From positions 1,632,001-1,696,000 of the forward strand of contig CAWGMQ010000008.1 of NCBI GenBank assembly GCA_963823665.1: 64,000 nt of DNA, in the 5' to 3' direction. The notes below the pieces were generated by a model. That model searched no databases. It was not told the DNA's origin and saw nothing but the letters and a program-made list of their open reading frames with translations. Of this stretch, positions 53,301-63,178 are shown in pieces. Each line of letters begins with the position of its first letter. Position 1 is the first letter of the stretch. The stretch is from an uncultured Planctomycetota bacterium. Lineage in GTDB: Bacteria > Planctomycetota > Planctomycetia > Isosphaerales > Isosphaeraceae. A program made the translations under genes and the position numbers.

Positions 53301-53501
53301 GCCGAGTTGCTGCTCGAGGCCGGCTATCTCGGAATGAAAGAACGGTTTGGAACGCTCCCTCCGAAGGCAAAGGACCAGATGGCGGTCGCCCTGCGACAAC
53401 TCGTCGAGCTCTACGAGGCCACCGACAGGTCCGCTTTAGCCGCCAAGTGGCGGAAGACACTGGAAGATCACACGTCGGCCGCGAAGCCGCTGGAGAAATA
53501 G
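50337..53501 (+). CDS. Hanks-type Ser/Thr kinase with TM and TPR repeats
   Basis: GEGGMGEVW, VALK, HRDLKPANIL, DFGVA, GTLEYMSPE; TPR-like LGxxHPxT repeats; GTG start inferred. Confidence 0.92.
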   Translation: MSEESLFQKALSRAPEEHAVLLELACAGRPELLAAVEAILAAHNMAGDVLDRPPNDPARTELSGCGLCQPGESVLRTTSREETSLAAAATAEIRPTSEAGMVIAGRYTLQEKIGEGGMGEVWVAKQTEPVKRNVALKLIKSGMDSKAVLQRFEQERQALAMMDHPQIARVLDGGLTPTGQPFFVMELVSGLPLNKFCDESRLSTRERLGLFVPICQAVQHAHQKGIVHRDLKPANILVTIIDGKPIPKVIDFGVAKAIAGKLTDESMSTQFGLVLGTLEYMSPEQAAFSGEDIDTRADIYSLGVILYGLLTGLRPIDAERLREASLAEMIRIIREEEPSKPSTRLSNEESLPSIAALRGTEPRKLITALSGELDWVVMKCLEKQRERRYATANSLARDIERYLADEPVEARPPSASYRLRKFLKRNKGSVIAASLLLLALLGGIAGTTFGLIRAEKARSAAAEKAEGERLARLQALAEREKAVAAQKAEAQQRAQAIVERDKAVAAETKSNAINEFLAEDLLRQAEPSNNAPEDHVTLVEVLDRAAEKVGKRFAEQPDLERTLRATIASAYHGLAYWEKAEKQWRSLRDAAWRRNPQSPQFYFCEGQLAHILRHRGRRDAEVMKMAETAARGLERTVGKDHRTTLQILGLLAVAYREDGKLAEAISLLERVLNASISELGLDHAHTVTARGNLAVAYYRAGQHEKSVPMFEDLLERKETTLGRKHPDTQLTVGNLGANYIEVGRLKEAVALLEEVADSAHKYPSLRVFGVYLADAYVKSGRLSEAIALDERFRDAQQATLDADNPSALATLNNLAVAYWNAKRLDKSVPLFEDVLKRREAKLGRPHPETQATVGNLGVNYKDSGRLDRAIPLLEEAYHSRRTFPTLRSFGPPLAQAYGKAGRSAEAMKVAQEFLAETRKTSPKDSPRLAVALVQISVVLLEVKAYGDAERVLRECLAIREKTEPDFWTTFNTKAMLGNALLHQKKYAGAELLLEAGYLGMKERFGTLPPKAKDQMAVALRQLVELYEATDRSALAAKWRKTLEDHTSAAKPLEK

Positions 53502-53504
53502 CCA

Positions 53505-54361
53505 ATGATCAAATTCCTGGTTCTTTCGTTCGTTCTACTCGCTCAATCCGAGGCTTCCAAGGTCGGGCCTTCTTCAGGCGCTCTGGTTGTCGACGGAGGC
53601 GGGGAAAATGCAGAGACGATCAAGAGGTTCGTGGAGCTGGCTGGTGGGGTGGATTCACCGGTGGTGCTCATTCCCACGGCACTCGAGACCGAGCAGATCG
53701 ATCTCAAGCGGCAAGGGCAGGCGTTTTCGCGCCGGTTCGGATTCAAGAACGTGACGGTTCTGCACACGCGGGACCGGGGCGAGGCGGATAAGGCGGAATT
53801 CGTGGCGCCGCTTGAGCGGGCCCGGGGAGTCTGGTTTGGAGGTGGAAGGCAGTGGAGGCTTGTGGACGCCTACATGGGCACGCGCACCCAGCGCGCGATC
53901 GAGGGGGTGCTGCGCGCGGGGGCGTGGTCGGCGGCTCATCGGCCGGCGCCACGATTCAGGGATCTTACCTCCTTCGGGGCGCTCGCGAGGGCAATCACAT
54001 CATGATGGCCAAGGGGTACGAGGAAGGCTTCGGCTACTTGAAAGGGGTGACCGTCGACCAGCACCTGATCGTGCGCAGACGACAAGATGACCTCGTGGGC
54101 GTGATTGAAAAGAAGCCCGAGCTGATCGGGCTGGGGCTGGATGAACCGGCCGCAATCGTGGTGCAGGGAGACCGGATGGAAGTGATCGGCCACAGTGTCG
54201 TCGGCATATACGACGGCAAGGATCATGACGGCAAGCGGTACTATTTCCTCGCACCCGGCGAAGTTTTCGATCTCGCCACACGAAGGCGGGTGGATAAGCG
54301 AGCGAAGGCGGACGAGCGCACGAGCGACCCCAGCAAGAACACGGCTGGACAACAGAAGTGA
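53505..54361 (+). CDS. Cyanophycinase-like peptidase S51, frameshift near 53920
   Basis: GAL...GGG, IPTA, WFGGGRQWRL, then GGSSAGA, VDQH, GLDE in the next frame. Confidence 0.8.
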
Positions 54362-54378
54362 CACCTGGCGGCCAGACG

Positions 54379-55728
54379 TCAACGAGTGCCATCGTTCGCT
54401 TGAAGGGCACCGACGTGACGCTCTCTGGCGAACTTACCTAGCAACGTATAAATGTTGAAAAGCGCTTTATCCATCATGCGCTCACCGCCGCCGATCTCGA
54501 CCAGGGAGACCCCTGCGTCGGCGCCGTAGCCTCCTTCGTAGACGGCTTCGATGGTCGGGAAGTACATGCCGTGGCCGTTGCAATAGCCAAAGAACAGGGT
54601 GTGCTTCACGTATGCACGCGCTTTCAAGCGATTGGCGTGGTTGCAGAAGAACTCACCCGAGCCTCCGACCAAGGCTATCTCGCCGTTCAACAGCACGGTG
54701 TTGAGCTCGGCAACCAGGTTTTCGCCGTAAAGCTTCTGGTACGCGTGCGTGATCTCGGGAAAATAGCCGCGCTCGAAGGCGGCGGTGACTCGCGGGTCTT
54801 TGAGATCAACGCGGGTCTGGAAATGGAATGTGTCGACCACGCCCTTCACGCTCGGGGCGGCTGGCGCCTCGGTTTTTACTGCACGAGCGAGCGCGATGAC
54901 GTTGTCGGCCAGGGTTTCGCCGAAACCCTTGGGGCCAGGCGGGCCCGAGCCGACGTTGGGGCTCATGTCGCCGGCAGCACCTTGCATGAAGACGCATTTG
55001 GTGGAGAGCTCGGATTCAACCTTGTTCTTGAGAAAACCGGGGTAGTCGGCCGAGTACTTGAGGACCATTGTTTCGGTCATCACCGGGTGCGCGGCGAAGT
55101 TGACGAGGATGGCGATCGGCTTGCCTTCGGAGTCGTCGAAGCGCATGACGATCAACTGGGGGTCGGTGACTCGCAGCTCGCGTTTGGTGTGTCGGTTTCG
55201 ATTGAGCGTGACCGACTCCGTCGCGACGCCGAGCCGGGCGGGCTTCCTGGCCTTGTCGGCGGCGAGAATTGCTTCGATCAAGAGATGGGGCAGCTTCTGA
55301 GAATATTCAATCGCGGCGGGGAACTTCCCCTGGCCCAAGCCGGGCTCGTCGACCAATTCGATGACCGGTCCGTGGTGGGTATGGCTGCCGGTGATCAAGA
55401 CGTGCTTGATGCCTGCCTTGTCAGCGATTTCGCGGCGGATGATCTTCATCATGGCTTCGGTGGGCCCACGGCCGATATCGATACCGACCAACGCGACCTT
55501 GTCGTCGCCTGCGGAAATCACGACGGCCTTGGCCATCAGGGGGTCGAGGGTGCCCTCCGCGGGCTTGTCGTGGCGCGCACCATAACCCCACATGGGGATG
55601 CCCGGCGGGGGGGTGATGTCCTTATCGGCGGCGCCGGCCTGGAAGTCGGTGCCGGCTATGGCGGTGGTTTCGACCAACATGAGCAGTGCCAGAAGCCCGG
55701 AGGCCCAGCTCAAGCGACGCGTGGCCAT
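54379..55728 (-). CDS. Neutral/alkaline ceramidase N-terminal domain protein
   Basis: DITPP, GSHTHHGP, NFAAHP, SADYPG, QGAAGD, GEFF, GYCNG..YFP. Confidence 0.85.
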   Translation of the reverse strand: MATRRLSWASGLLALLMLVETTAIAGTDFQAGAADKDITPPPGIPMWGYGARHDKPAEGTLDPLMAKAVVISAGDDKVALVGIDIGRGPTEAMMKIIRREIADKAGIKHVLITGSHTHHGPVIELVDEPGLGQGKFPAAIEYSQKLPHLLIEAILAADKARKPARLGVATESVTLNRNRHTKRELRVTDPQLIVMRFDDSEGKPIAILVNFAAHPVMTETMVLKYSADYPGFLKNKVESELSTKCVFMQGAAGDMSPNVGSGPPGPKGFGETLADNVIALARAVKTEAPAAPSVKGVVDTFHFQTRVDLKDPRVTAAFERGYFPEITHAYQKLYGENLVAELNTVLLNGEIALVGGSGEFFCNHANRLKARAYVKHTLFFGYCNGHGMYFPTIEAVYEGGYGADAGVSLVEIGGGERMMDKALFNIYTLLGKFARERHVGALQANDGTR

Positions 55729-55812
55729 GGAGAGGATCCTTACCTTGAGCCTTTTCGAGAAGGTGCGTGGTTATGTCCGATCGATTGGCCAACCAAGACG
55801 TCGGCATCTGAT

Positions 55813-55834
55813 GGTGGGTTTCACCCACCCTACG
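55813..55834 (-). repeat. GTAG-family REP, single copy
   Basis: GGTGGGTTTCACCCACCCTACG is the exact reverse complement of 23049-23070. Confidence 0.8.
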
Positions 55835-56957
55835 ATCCTGCGGTGCGGCCGAGATAGGCCACGATGGCTCGCTTGAGTTCGAGGGGGTCGATCGCACCTG
55901 TTTTGCGGTAGAGGATCTTGCCGCCGGGCGCGACCAGGAGGGTGTAGGGAACGGGGCCGGGCCATTCCTGGTCGAGGGCCTCGGCAAACTTGTCGCGGTC
56001 GTCGACATTCAAGATGGCGTTGGATGCGGCGACATGGTTTTCCTTGAGCACTCGGAGGACGTCGTCCTGTTTGGCGATGTCGTCGAGACTGATCGTGACC
56101 AGCTCGAAGTTACGACCGCGATACATGCGGTTCATGGTGACGAGCTCGGGAAGCTCTGCGACGCAAGGGCCGCACCAGGTTGCCCAGAGGTTGATGAGCC
56201 GCAGCTTCTTCGTGTTGTTTTTTGCCAGCAGGGCGACAGCGGGCAGATCGATGGGCGCGAGTGCGACGGGCTCGGCGTTCCAGCGCTCGAGCGACTTGCG
56301 AGCGTCGGCCTCTTTCTCGGCCCACTTGGTCGAGCAGCCGGGTACGCGCGTGGTCTTCACCGCGACTTCGGTACCAGCGAGCACGGCGTCGATGGCGTTC
56401 TTGGCGTCGTGGGACTTGACCGGCTTCACTTCTCCATCGTCGAACCGGCCGGTGTAGCGGAGCTTGCGTCCGGCATCAAAAATGAAAACCTGCGGAGTTG
56501 CGATAACGCCGTAGGCGCGCGCGACGGACTGGGTCTCGCCGTCGTAGAGATATGGATACAAGTAGTCATGGTCTTTCGCTCGGATTTTCATTTCTTCGAA
56601 CGAGTCGCCCAGGTCAGTGTAGCCGAGCTCGTCGAGCCGGACCGCCCGAGGGTTGTTGGGCGAAATGGCGACGACCGCAACGCCCTTTTCGCGATAGTCG
56701 GCGCAAAGCCGGGCGATGCGTCCTTCGTAGGCCTGGGCCGTTGGGCAGTGATTGCAGGTGAAGACGATGAACAAGACCTTGCTCTGGGCGAAGTCTGCGA
56801 GGCTGTAGGTTTTGCCATCGACTCCCGGCAGCTTGAAGTCAGGGGCCGGCGAGCCGATTGCCAAAGGCGTCACGTCCGGCGGCGCGGCGGGAGCCATAAC
56901 GGAGGGGAGCAAAAGGGCCATCACACTCAGGAGCAGCGTCCAAGAGAGTCGGTTCAT
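55830..56957 (-). CDS. Secreted double redoxin/thioredoxin-fold protein
   Basis: APDFKLP, CNHCP, GCSTKW, WATWCGPC. Confidence 0.88.
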   Translation of the reverse strand: MNRLSWTLLLSVMALLLPSVMAPAAPPDVTPLAIGSPAPDFKLPGVDGKTYSLADFAQSKVLFIVFTCNHCPTAQAYEGRIARLCADYREKGVAVVAISPNNPRAVRLDELGYTDLGDSFEEMKIRAKDHDYLYPYLYDGETQSVARAYGVIATPQVFIFDAGRKLRYTGRFDDGEVKPVKSHDAKNAIDAVLAGTEVAVKTTRVPGCSTKWAEKEADARKSLERWNAEPVALAPIDLPAVALLAKNNTKKLRLINLWATWCGPCVAELPELVTMNRMYRGRNFELVTISLDDIAKQDDVLRVLKENHVAASNAILNVDDRDKFAEALDQEWPGPVPYTLLVAPGGKILYRKTGAIDPLELKRAIVAYLGRTAGS

Positions 56958-57064
56958 CGCCATCACCTCGCGTTCTTTTTTTGGAGTAATGCGGAGCTCC
57001 ATAGGGTAGTGTGCCAGGATGGCTGGTCGAATCCAAGGGGGTTATCTGAATCGAGAAGGGGGCA

Positions 57065-57916
57065 ATGATGCTGGCGCTTGAATTGACGATGGCCGTGAGC
57101 GTCGTGTTTGGTGATTGTGCGGGGTTCAGGGAAGGTCCGCCTTGGCGCGAGGCCAACGTCAGCGCTGCTGGTGCGCAGGATGCGGCCAAGAAGCCGGAGC
57201 GGTGGACGCCGTTATTCAACGGGCACGACTTGACGGGCTGGTACACGTTCTTGCAGCAGCACGGCAAGAACAGCGACCCGGACCACGTGATCGCCATTGA
57301 GGACGGTTCTATTCACTTATACAAGGAAGCACCGGAGAAGAGCAAAGTGGTGATGGGGTACATCTGCACGGAGAAGGAGTACGGGAATTATCATCTGCGC
57401 TTTCAGTATCAGTGGGGGACGAAGAAGTTTGAGCCGCGGTATGCGCTCAAGCGTGATGCGGGGCTCTACTATCATCTGAACGGACCAGACGCGGTTTGGC
57501 CGCGGGGCCTGCAATTCCAGATCGAGCAGACGAATGTCGGGGATCTGATCACGCTTTTTGGGTTCGCGATGGACACCTGGATCGACCCCAAGACGCGCGA
57601 CAAGGATCAGGCCATGTTTCAGGATCCCGGACAAGGAGGCCAGCCGCGGGTGCTGGGCGGGAAGGGGATCGCGTATCAGAAGCATGCTGCGGGGGAATTC
57701 GAAGTTGACGGCTGGAATACGGTCGAGGTGATTGCGAAGGGCGACACGACGGTGCACAAGTTGAATGGGCACGTCGTCAACCGGGGTGAGAACATCCGGT
57801 TCACGGATACGGAGAAGCCGGGAACAGCTCAGCCGGTGACCAAGGGGCGGATTGCACTCGAGATCGAGGCGGCCGAGATCTTTTTCCGGAAGGTCGAGAT
57901 TCAAGAGCTGGAATAG
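57065..57916 (+). CDS. DUF1080 domain protein
   Basis: LFNGHDLTGW, DAGLYYH, QFQI, WNTVEV, GRIALEIEAAEIFFRKV. Confidence 0.85.
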   Translation: MMLALELTMAVSVVFGDCAGFREGPPWREANVSAAGAQDAAKKPERWTPLFNGHDLTGWYTFLQQHGKNSDPDHVIAIEDGSIHLYKEAPEKSKVVMGYICTEKEYGNYHLRFQYQWGTKKFEPRYALKRDAGLYYHLNGPDAVWPRGLQFQIEQTNVGDLITLFGFAMDTWIDPKTRDKDQAMFQDPGQGGQPRVLGGKGIAYQKHAAGEFEVDGWNTVEVIAKGDTTVHKLNGHVVNRGENIRFTDTEKPGTAQPVTKGRIALEIEAAEIFFRKVEIQELE

Positions 57917-58293
57917 TTTGCCGCCGTAACAGAACCGGAAAATCCGAAAAAGTCTCATGTTTGCTCTCGAAGCGAGCCGAAGAGATCAGGTAGATGCTCT
58001 CTAACAGGAACTGACAACCCTACGAGAGAAGGCGCAACGACGGACTGCCAGCACCGCGGCGCGACATGAATCCGGCAGCGGCTGCGGCATTTCTGCCTGT
58101 TTGCGGCTTTGGCTCGATGCCGGCCGGAGGGCCATTACTCTCCGGCGGGCGTGACAATTTGACTAGACCCGGCCGTTCGACAGCAGCGTCATCTTTTAGC
58201 CTTCCGTGCGACTGATTCGTGGGTGGATCACACCCGGGATCAACGTCCGGCAGGGCAGAAGCGGTGGTGCGCGCCCGGCTCGAGGCGACGATC

Positions 58294-59289
58294 ATGTGCG
58301 GACTCATCGTGAAGTGCGCCTTGCTGGCGGTTCTGATCCAGGTCTTCCGCGCGCTCGGCAAGTTAGGCGGGCCGCGGTACAGCGGGTTGGCGCTCGGGCT
58401 GCCGAGCACGACGGCGGTTGTTTTGATTTTCTGCGGGTGTGAGCGCGGGAGCCTGGCCGCCACGGAAATGGCCGAATCGAGCCTGCTCGGGCTGGTCGCA
58501 GCGGTATCGCTGCCGCTGGTTTTTACCGGGGCGGTGCGGCTTGAATGGCCACTTTGGGGGGCGATTGGAGCATCTGTCGGAGGATACCTGCTGGTGGCGG
58601 CGACGCTGGGATGCCTGCCGGCGATCGGGGCTATGTCGAAGGTGATGGTTGCGGCTACCGCACTCGCCGGTGCAGCGAGCTGGGTGGGACGGATTCACGG
58701 GCCGCAAACGTGCGGAGACGGTGGTCGGGTGGCTCCCTCTGGAATTCGGACGGTGGTCCTGCGCACGGCCACGCCTGTCGTGTACGTGATTCTGCTCGGG
58801 ATCTTTGAAGGGATGGCAGGTCCGAGCTGGGCAGGGCTCATGAGCACGTTTCCGAGTTTGTCCCTGGTTGTCCTGGTGGTCACGTATCTGGAAGCTGGTC
58901 CGGGCGAGTCGAGCCGGGTGGCGCAGGTTTTGCCTTGCGGGAATTTGAGCACGCTCGCTTTTCTGGCGGTCTTCCGGCTGGTGTGCGAGGGAGCGGGGGT
59001 CGGGTGGGCGACGGCCGCTGGGTATGGCGCGGCTCTCGCGGCGCTTTTTGTGATTCAGCGACTCGCGGGCGTGATCGAGGTTGCGCGAGCGACGGTGATT
59101 GGCATTAACCCAAGCCGTGTGCTCGGGCGAATCGTGTGGCGCAGCGGAGCGGAGGCGGCTCCGTGGCCCAGGGGGCTGCACATTCGCCTGCCGGGCGCTC
59201 ATGTTTGTGGGGCGAATCGCGGGCGGCTGGCGAGGAGAGCGGGGCGGCGGTGTGGATTTGAGCCGCTGGTTGAGACGCTGGCGTGGTGA
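58294..59289 (+). CDS. Hypothetical polytopic membrane protein with internal duplication
   Basis: About 8 hydrophobic segments; repeated GPRYSGLALGLP / GPSWAGLMSTFP half-motifs. Confidence 0.65.
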   Translation: MCGLIVKCALLAVLIQVFRALGKLGGPRYSGLALGLPSTTAVVLIFCGCERGSLAATEMAESSLLGLVAAVSLPLVFTGAVRLEWPLWGAIGASVGGYLLVAATLGCLPAIGAMSKVMVAATALAGAASWVGRIHGPQTCGDGGRVAPSGIRTVVLRTATPVVYVILLGIFEGMAGPSWAGLMSTFPSLSLVVLVVTYLEAGPGESSRVAQVLPCGNLSTLAFLAVFRLVCEGAGVGWATAAGYGAALAALFVIQRLAGVIEVARATVIGINPSRVLGRIVWRSGAEAAPWPRGLHIRLPGAHVCGANRGRLARRAGRRCGFEPLVETLAW

Positions 59290-59417
59290 GTGCACTGGGT
59301 TCAGTTGGACCGTCCCTCACTGCAGCGTTTGCATGCCCCGGCTCACGACAACCGATGCCGGTTTTGCCAAACAGACGCAGGCGAAGTGGCCGAAGAGCCG
59401 TGGTCGTGACCCGCATC

Positions 59418-62184
59418 TCACCGTTGCGCGGCGGGCTGATCGATGACCTTCCGGAATTCATTACTCTCGCGCAGGATCTCGAGGTCGGGATCTTGCCCGG
59501 CGTGCTCCCGAATGGCGGGCTCGCGAAAGAAACCTGCATTCTTGGCGCACTTTAGCCATCGCCATGCGGCCGAGAGGTGTGACTCGACGAGGGGCGATTG
59601 CTTGGCGGCGCTGGGAGACGAGTCCTTGCGGGCGAGAGCGGCGCAACGTGCGAAAATGCATGCGAGGTTGTAACAATCTTCGCCGGAGATGTCCGGAGCC
59701 GTTTTCACGAGCTGAGCCTGGCTCAGGGCGCCAGCGACGTCGTTATCGCCGACTAACTCGATAGCCCATCGCACCCGGTACGCCGGCGGCACCGGGTCTT
59801 TGGAAAGTTCCACCACTCGCTTCCAGTCATCAGCCGCTTCACGGTGTTTTTCCTTTGCTCCTAACGCTAATCCGCGATTTCCGTGCAGCTTGAGGCAAAC
59901 TTCACGGGCCACGGAATCGTTCGGCTCGATCCGAAAATACGGCTCAACCTCTTTGAGCCCGGCGGCCGACCGCGCGATGGCTTCATCAAAACGACCCAAG
60001 TTGTGCAGCATGCCACCCCAATTCAGATTGATTTGACCTAGCGTGATCACGGAATTTCCGCGTTCGTCTCGACGGTCGGGCGGAATGGACAGTACCACTT
60101 GCTCAGCCTCGTGAAAACGCTTTTCAGCCTCGGTGGGATTCTGACCCCAGAGATTAACCCCCTCGTTCATAAGGGATGCCGCCAGCCTCAGAGTGACGCC
60201 AGGTAACACGGAAGGATCGATGCGTTTGCGAATCTCAGTGGCCCTTTGATAGTGGGCCGTGGCCATAGAAGCGTTCGTTGAGGCCTTAAGAGCGATTGCG
60301 AGATTGGTGTGACACATGGCCAGTCGCTCCTGGTGCGCCATGTCGTCTGGCTTAGCCTTGACCACGCGTTCGGCCAACTCCACGGCATGTCGACTGATGT
60401 CGACGATATGTTCCCTTTGATTCAAGTCGCCCAAGCAAGCAGCGAGCATCAATAAGCAATCGACCTGGAGCGCCATGTACCCGATGTCGCCGGGTTCTTC
60501 TGCGCAGGCCCTCAACCAACCCGATCGCGCGGCGCACCGAGGTCTCGGCCTGTTTACCCTGGCCGAGCGCGTGCTGGAGGATGTACGCATCGAGTAGCGC
60601 GCGGGCGGTGTCCGCACGAACGAACGGATCTTTTGAATCGTTCTCGAGAAGGATCTGATCGTAAAAGGTCAACGCCTTTCTCTGCAGCTCGCGGCGGAGT
60701 TCAATAAGTCGCGGAGAACCGGCGACCCGAGCGTCGTAAAGCAGAGCGAGCATCGCCTGAATGGCTTTGCGAGCCTCCTGATAGTTGCGGCGAGACTCGG
60801 CGTCCTTGGCCTGCGTCCGTTTCACTTCCGCGACAAGTTGAGCGTTGTGGCGATAGGTCTGGGCGATGAATGAGGATGCGGCAATGAGGATGGTTGCCGC
60901 CAGTATCGCCGAGACCGCGGACAGTCTGGGATTGCGTCGGCACCAGCGCCAAAGCCGTACCGCGGGTCGCACAGGCCGCGCCAGCGTCGGGCGGCCGTCG
61001 AGAAATCGCCGAATGTCCTCGGCCAGCGCTACCGCGGTCGCATAACGGTGACTCGGAACTTTCTCAAGGCACTTGAGACAGATGGCATCCAGATCACGCG
61101 GAACCTCAGGCTGATGACGGGACGGCGGAATAACGGTCTCAAAGAGGACTTTCTGGACAATCTCCCCGGGTGTTTCCGCCCGATAGGGCGTTTGGCCGGT
61201 CAGGGATTCATAGAGAATCACCCCCAGGGCGTGAATGTCCGCTGGGGCGCCGACCGCCGCTGAGCCCGGACCGGCTTGCTCGGGCGCCATGTAGGCCAGC
61301 GTTCCTACGAAACTACCGACTTCGGTTCGCGTCGAATTATCCTCCACGCGGGCCAGGCCAAAGTCCGTGATCTTGGGCTCGCCCTCCGTCGTCAAGAGAA
61401 CGTTTGACGGCTTGAGGTCCCGGTGGACCACCCCGCGGCTGTGCGCGTGGTCGACAGCCCGCGCGAGCTTTTCAACGAGCCTGGCCGCTTCTTGAGGGGG
61501 CTGGGGGATTCCCGCAAGGGCCCTGGCCAACGTAACCCCGTTGATGTACTCCAATGCCAGGTACAGCTCGCTCTGATACTCCCCGATGTGAAAGATCTGG
61601 ACAAGATTCGGGTGCTGGCACTTTGCAAAGGCTGCCGCCTCGCGTTCCAACCGCGTGCGATGGCCAGAGTCGTGCTGATTCTCATGCCGCAAAAACTTCA
61701 GCGCCACCTTCCTCTTTAGCGCAAGTTCATCGGCCAGGTACACGACTCCCATTCCCCCGCTTCCCAGAACACGTTCAGTTCGATAGCCGGGGATTTCCGG
61801 TAACCCATTGGGTGCGCAAACTTGCGAAGCTCCGTCGTTCGTAATCGGTACCAGCGTAGGAGGGCGAGATTCAGTAGAGAATGAGATCGCATCATAAATC
61901 TCGAATAACTGCGACAATGGCTCTGCCAGATCGGGGTAATCGCACAGGTACTCTGCCGGCGTCGGCGTGTCGCCTCTTCTGCGGCGGAGGACGATCTCCT
62001 GATTAATAAGCTCAATAATCGACTCCGGCTCAGCGGCGAATGATGCCTGCCGTTCGAGGTAAAACTTGAAGGGTCTGCATTCCCCACGCATCCAGTCCCT
62101 GACCTGTTCAGAAAGAAGCTGCTCGAGGGACAGGCCGAGCGGGCTGACCGTGGCACTTGCAATCTCATCCTTTACGTCAATCAT
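59418..62184 (-). CDS. Ser/Thr kinase with TM and TPR-like C-terminus, frameshift near 60505
   Basis: GSGGMGVVY, VALK, HRDLKPSNVL, DFGLA, YMAPE; C-terminal YNLAC...DPDL in ORF 59418-60617. Confidence 0.85.
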
Positions 62185-62758
62185 CGGGCAGTCCTTCAAG
62201 GTTCAACTCGCGAGCGATCCGGTCGAGTGCACGGTGAAATCGCTTCTTTGCCGTGTCGGCCTTGCCTCCAAGCTGCGCCGCGACCTCATCCCACTTGAGG
62301 CCCTGCGTGCGCAGATCCGATACCTTACGTTCGTCGTCTGTAAATCGCTTTCGCACTTCCTCAAGCAAATCCTTCCACATAACCTGGCTCGCTGGTCCCT
62401 TCGCGGGATCGGCGGGCTCGATGCCAGCAAGGCCCGGAGCAGCGACCGGAACCACACTGGTCCGGCGTTCGGGGCTCCGTGCCAGGTCGGCGACCTTGTT
62501 CTTGGCGATTTTCCTCAGGAGTGCCGTAAGTTGAGCCGGCCCTGCAATATCGTACTGCCCGAGCGCTGCCCGAATGAAGAAGCTCGCCATCACCGACTGA
62601 TAAATGTCGGACGGATCAGCGACACGCATGATCGATTCGACGCGCATGACGGCCGCCACCACTCTCTTGACGGCGGGTCTATACGTCTCGAACATTTCTG
62701 CTGCGGCCGCCTCGTCGCCGACCCGCACGCGCTCGAGTAAGTCTTCGAATCCACTCAT
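62177..62758 (-). CDS. Kinase-associated ECF sigma factor
   Basis: LLERVRVGDEAAA, DPSDIYQSVMASFF, IAKNKV, C-terminal HTH; overlaps the kinase start. Confidence 0.85.
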   Translation of the reverse strand: MSGFEDLLERVRVGDEAAAAEMFETYRPAVKRVVAAVMRVESIMRVADPSDIYQSVMASFFIRAALGQYDIAGPAQLTALLRKIAKNKVADLARSPERRTSVVPVAAPGLAGIEPADPAKGPASQVMWKDLLEEVRKRFTDDERKVSDLRTQGLKWDEVAAQLGGKADTAKKRFHRALDRIARELNLEGLPDD

Positions 62759-63178
62759 GCAGACGCTCCGGTAGCGGCCCAGGAACACGACGATGAGCGC
62801 CGCGATGCGCCCGGCTTCTACCCGCGAACCGAGCCGACGACTGGCTGTCGTGATCTTTTCGGGGCGTTTGCGGGAATCAAGTGATGGGGCCTAAAACGGC
62901 TGGTCACGCCGGAACCCGTTTCATCCAATGGCTTTAGGGGCTTTCCGCTTCCGTCTCAATGTCCCGGACACCGACTATGATCTCGAAATCCGGTGACGGC
63001 TTTCCACGATTTTGTCCCCTTCTTCGTTTCCGCCCCGATGGTTACAGACGAGGCGCCACGGCGGCAGCCCCTAATGGCTCGATCACGGAAATGGTGAAAC
63101 CGAGACAGCAGGGCGTGCCGTCACGCCTCGCCGCGCATCCCGGCCCACCTAGCATAAGCCAACAGGGAGCCGTCTTCC

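Noticed and set aside
53900..53940. Programmed frameshift in the cyanophycinase-like gene (also 44340 and 60505)
   Set aside because: No canonical slippery heptamer seen; similar indels are scattered through the window and fit sequencing error better.
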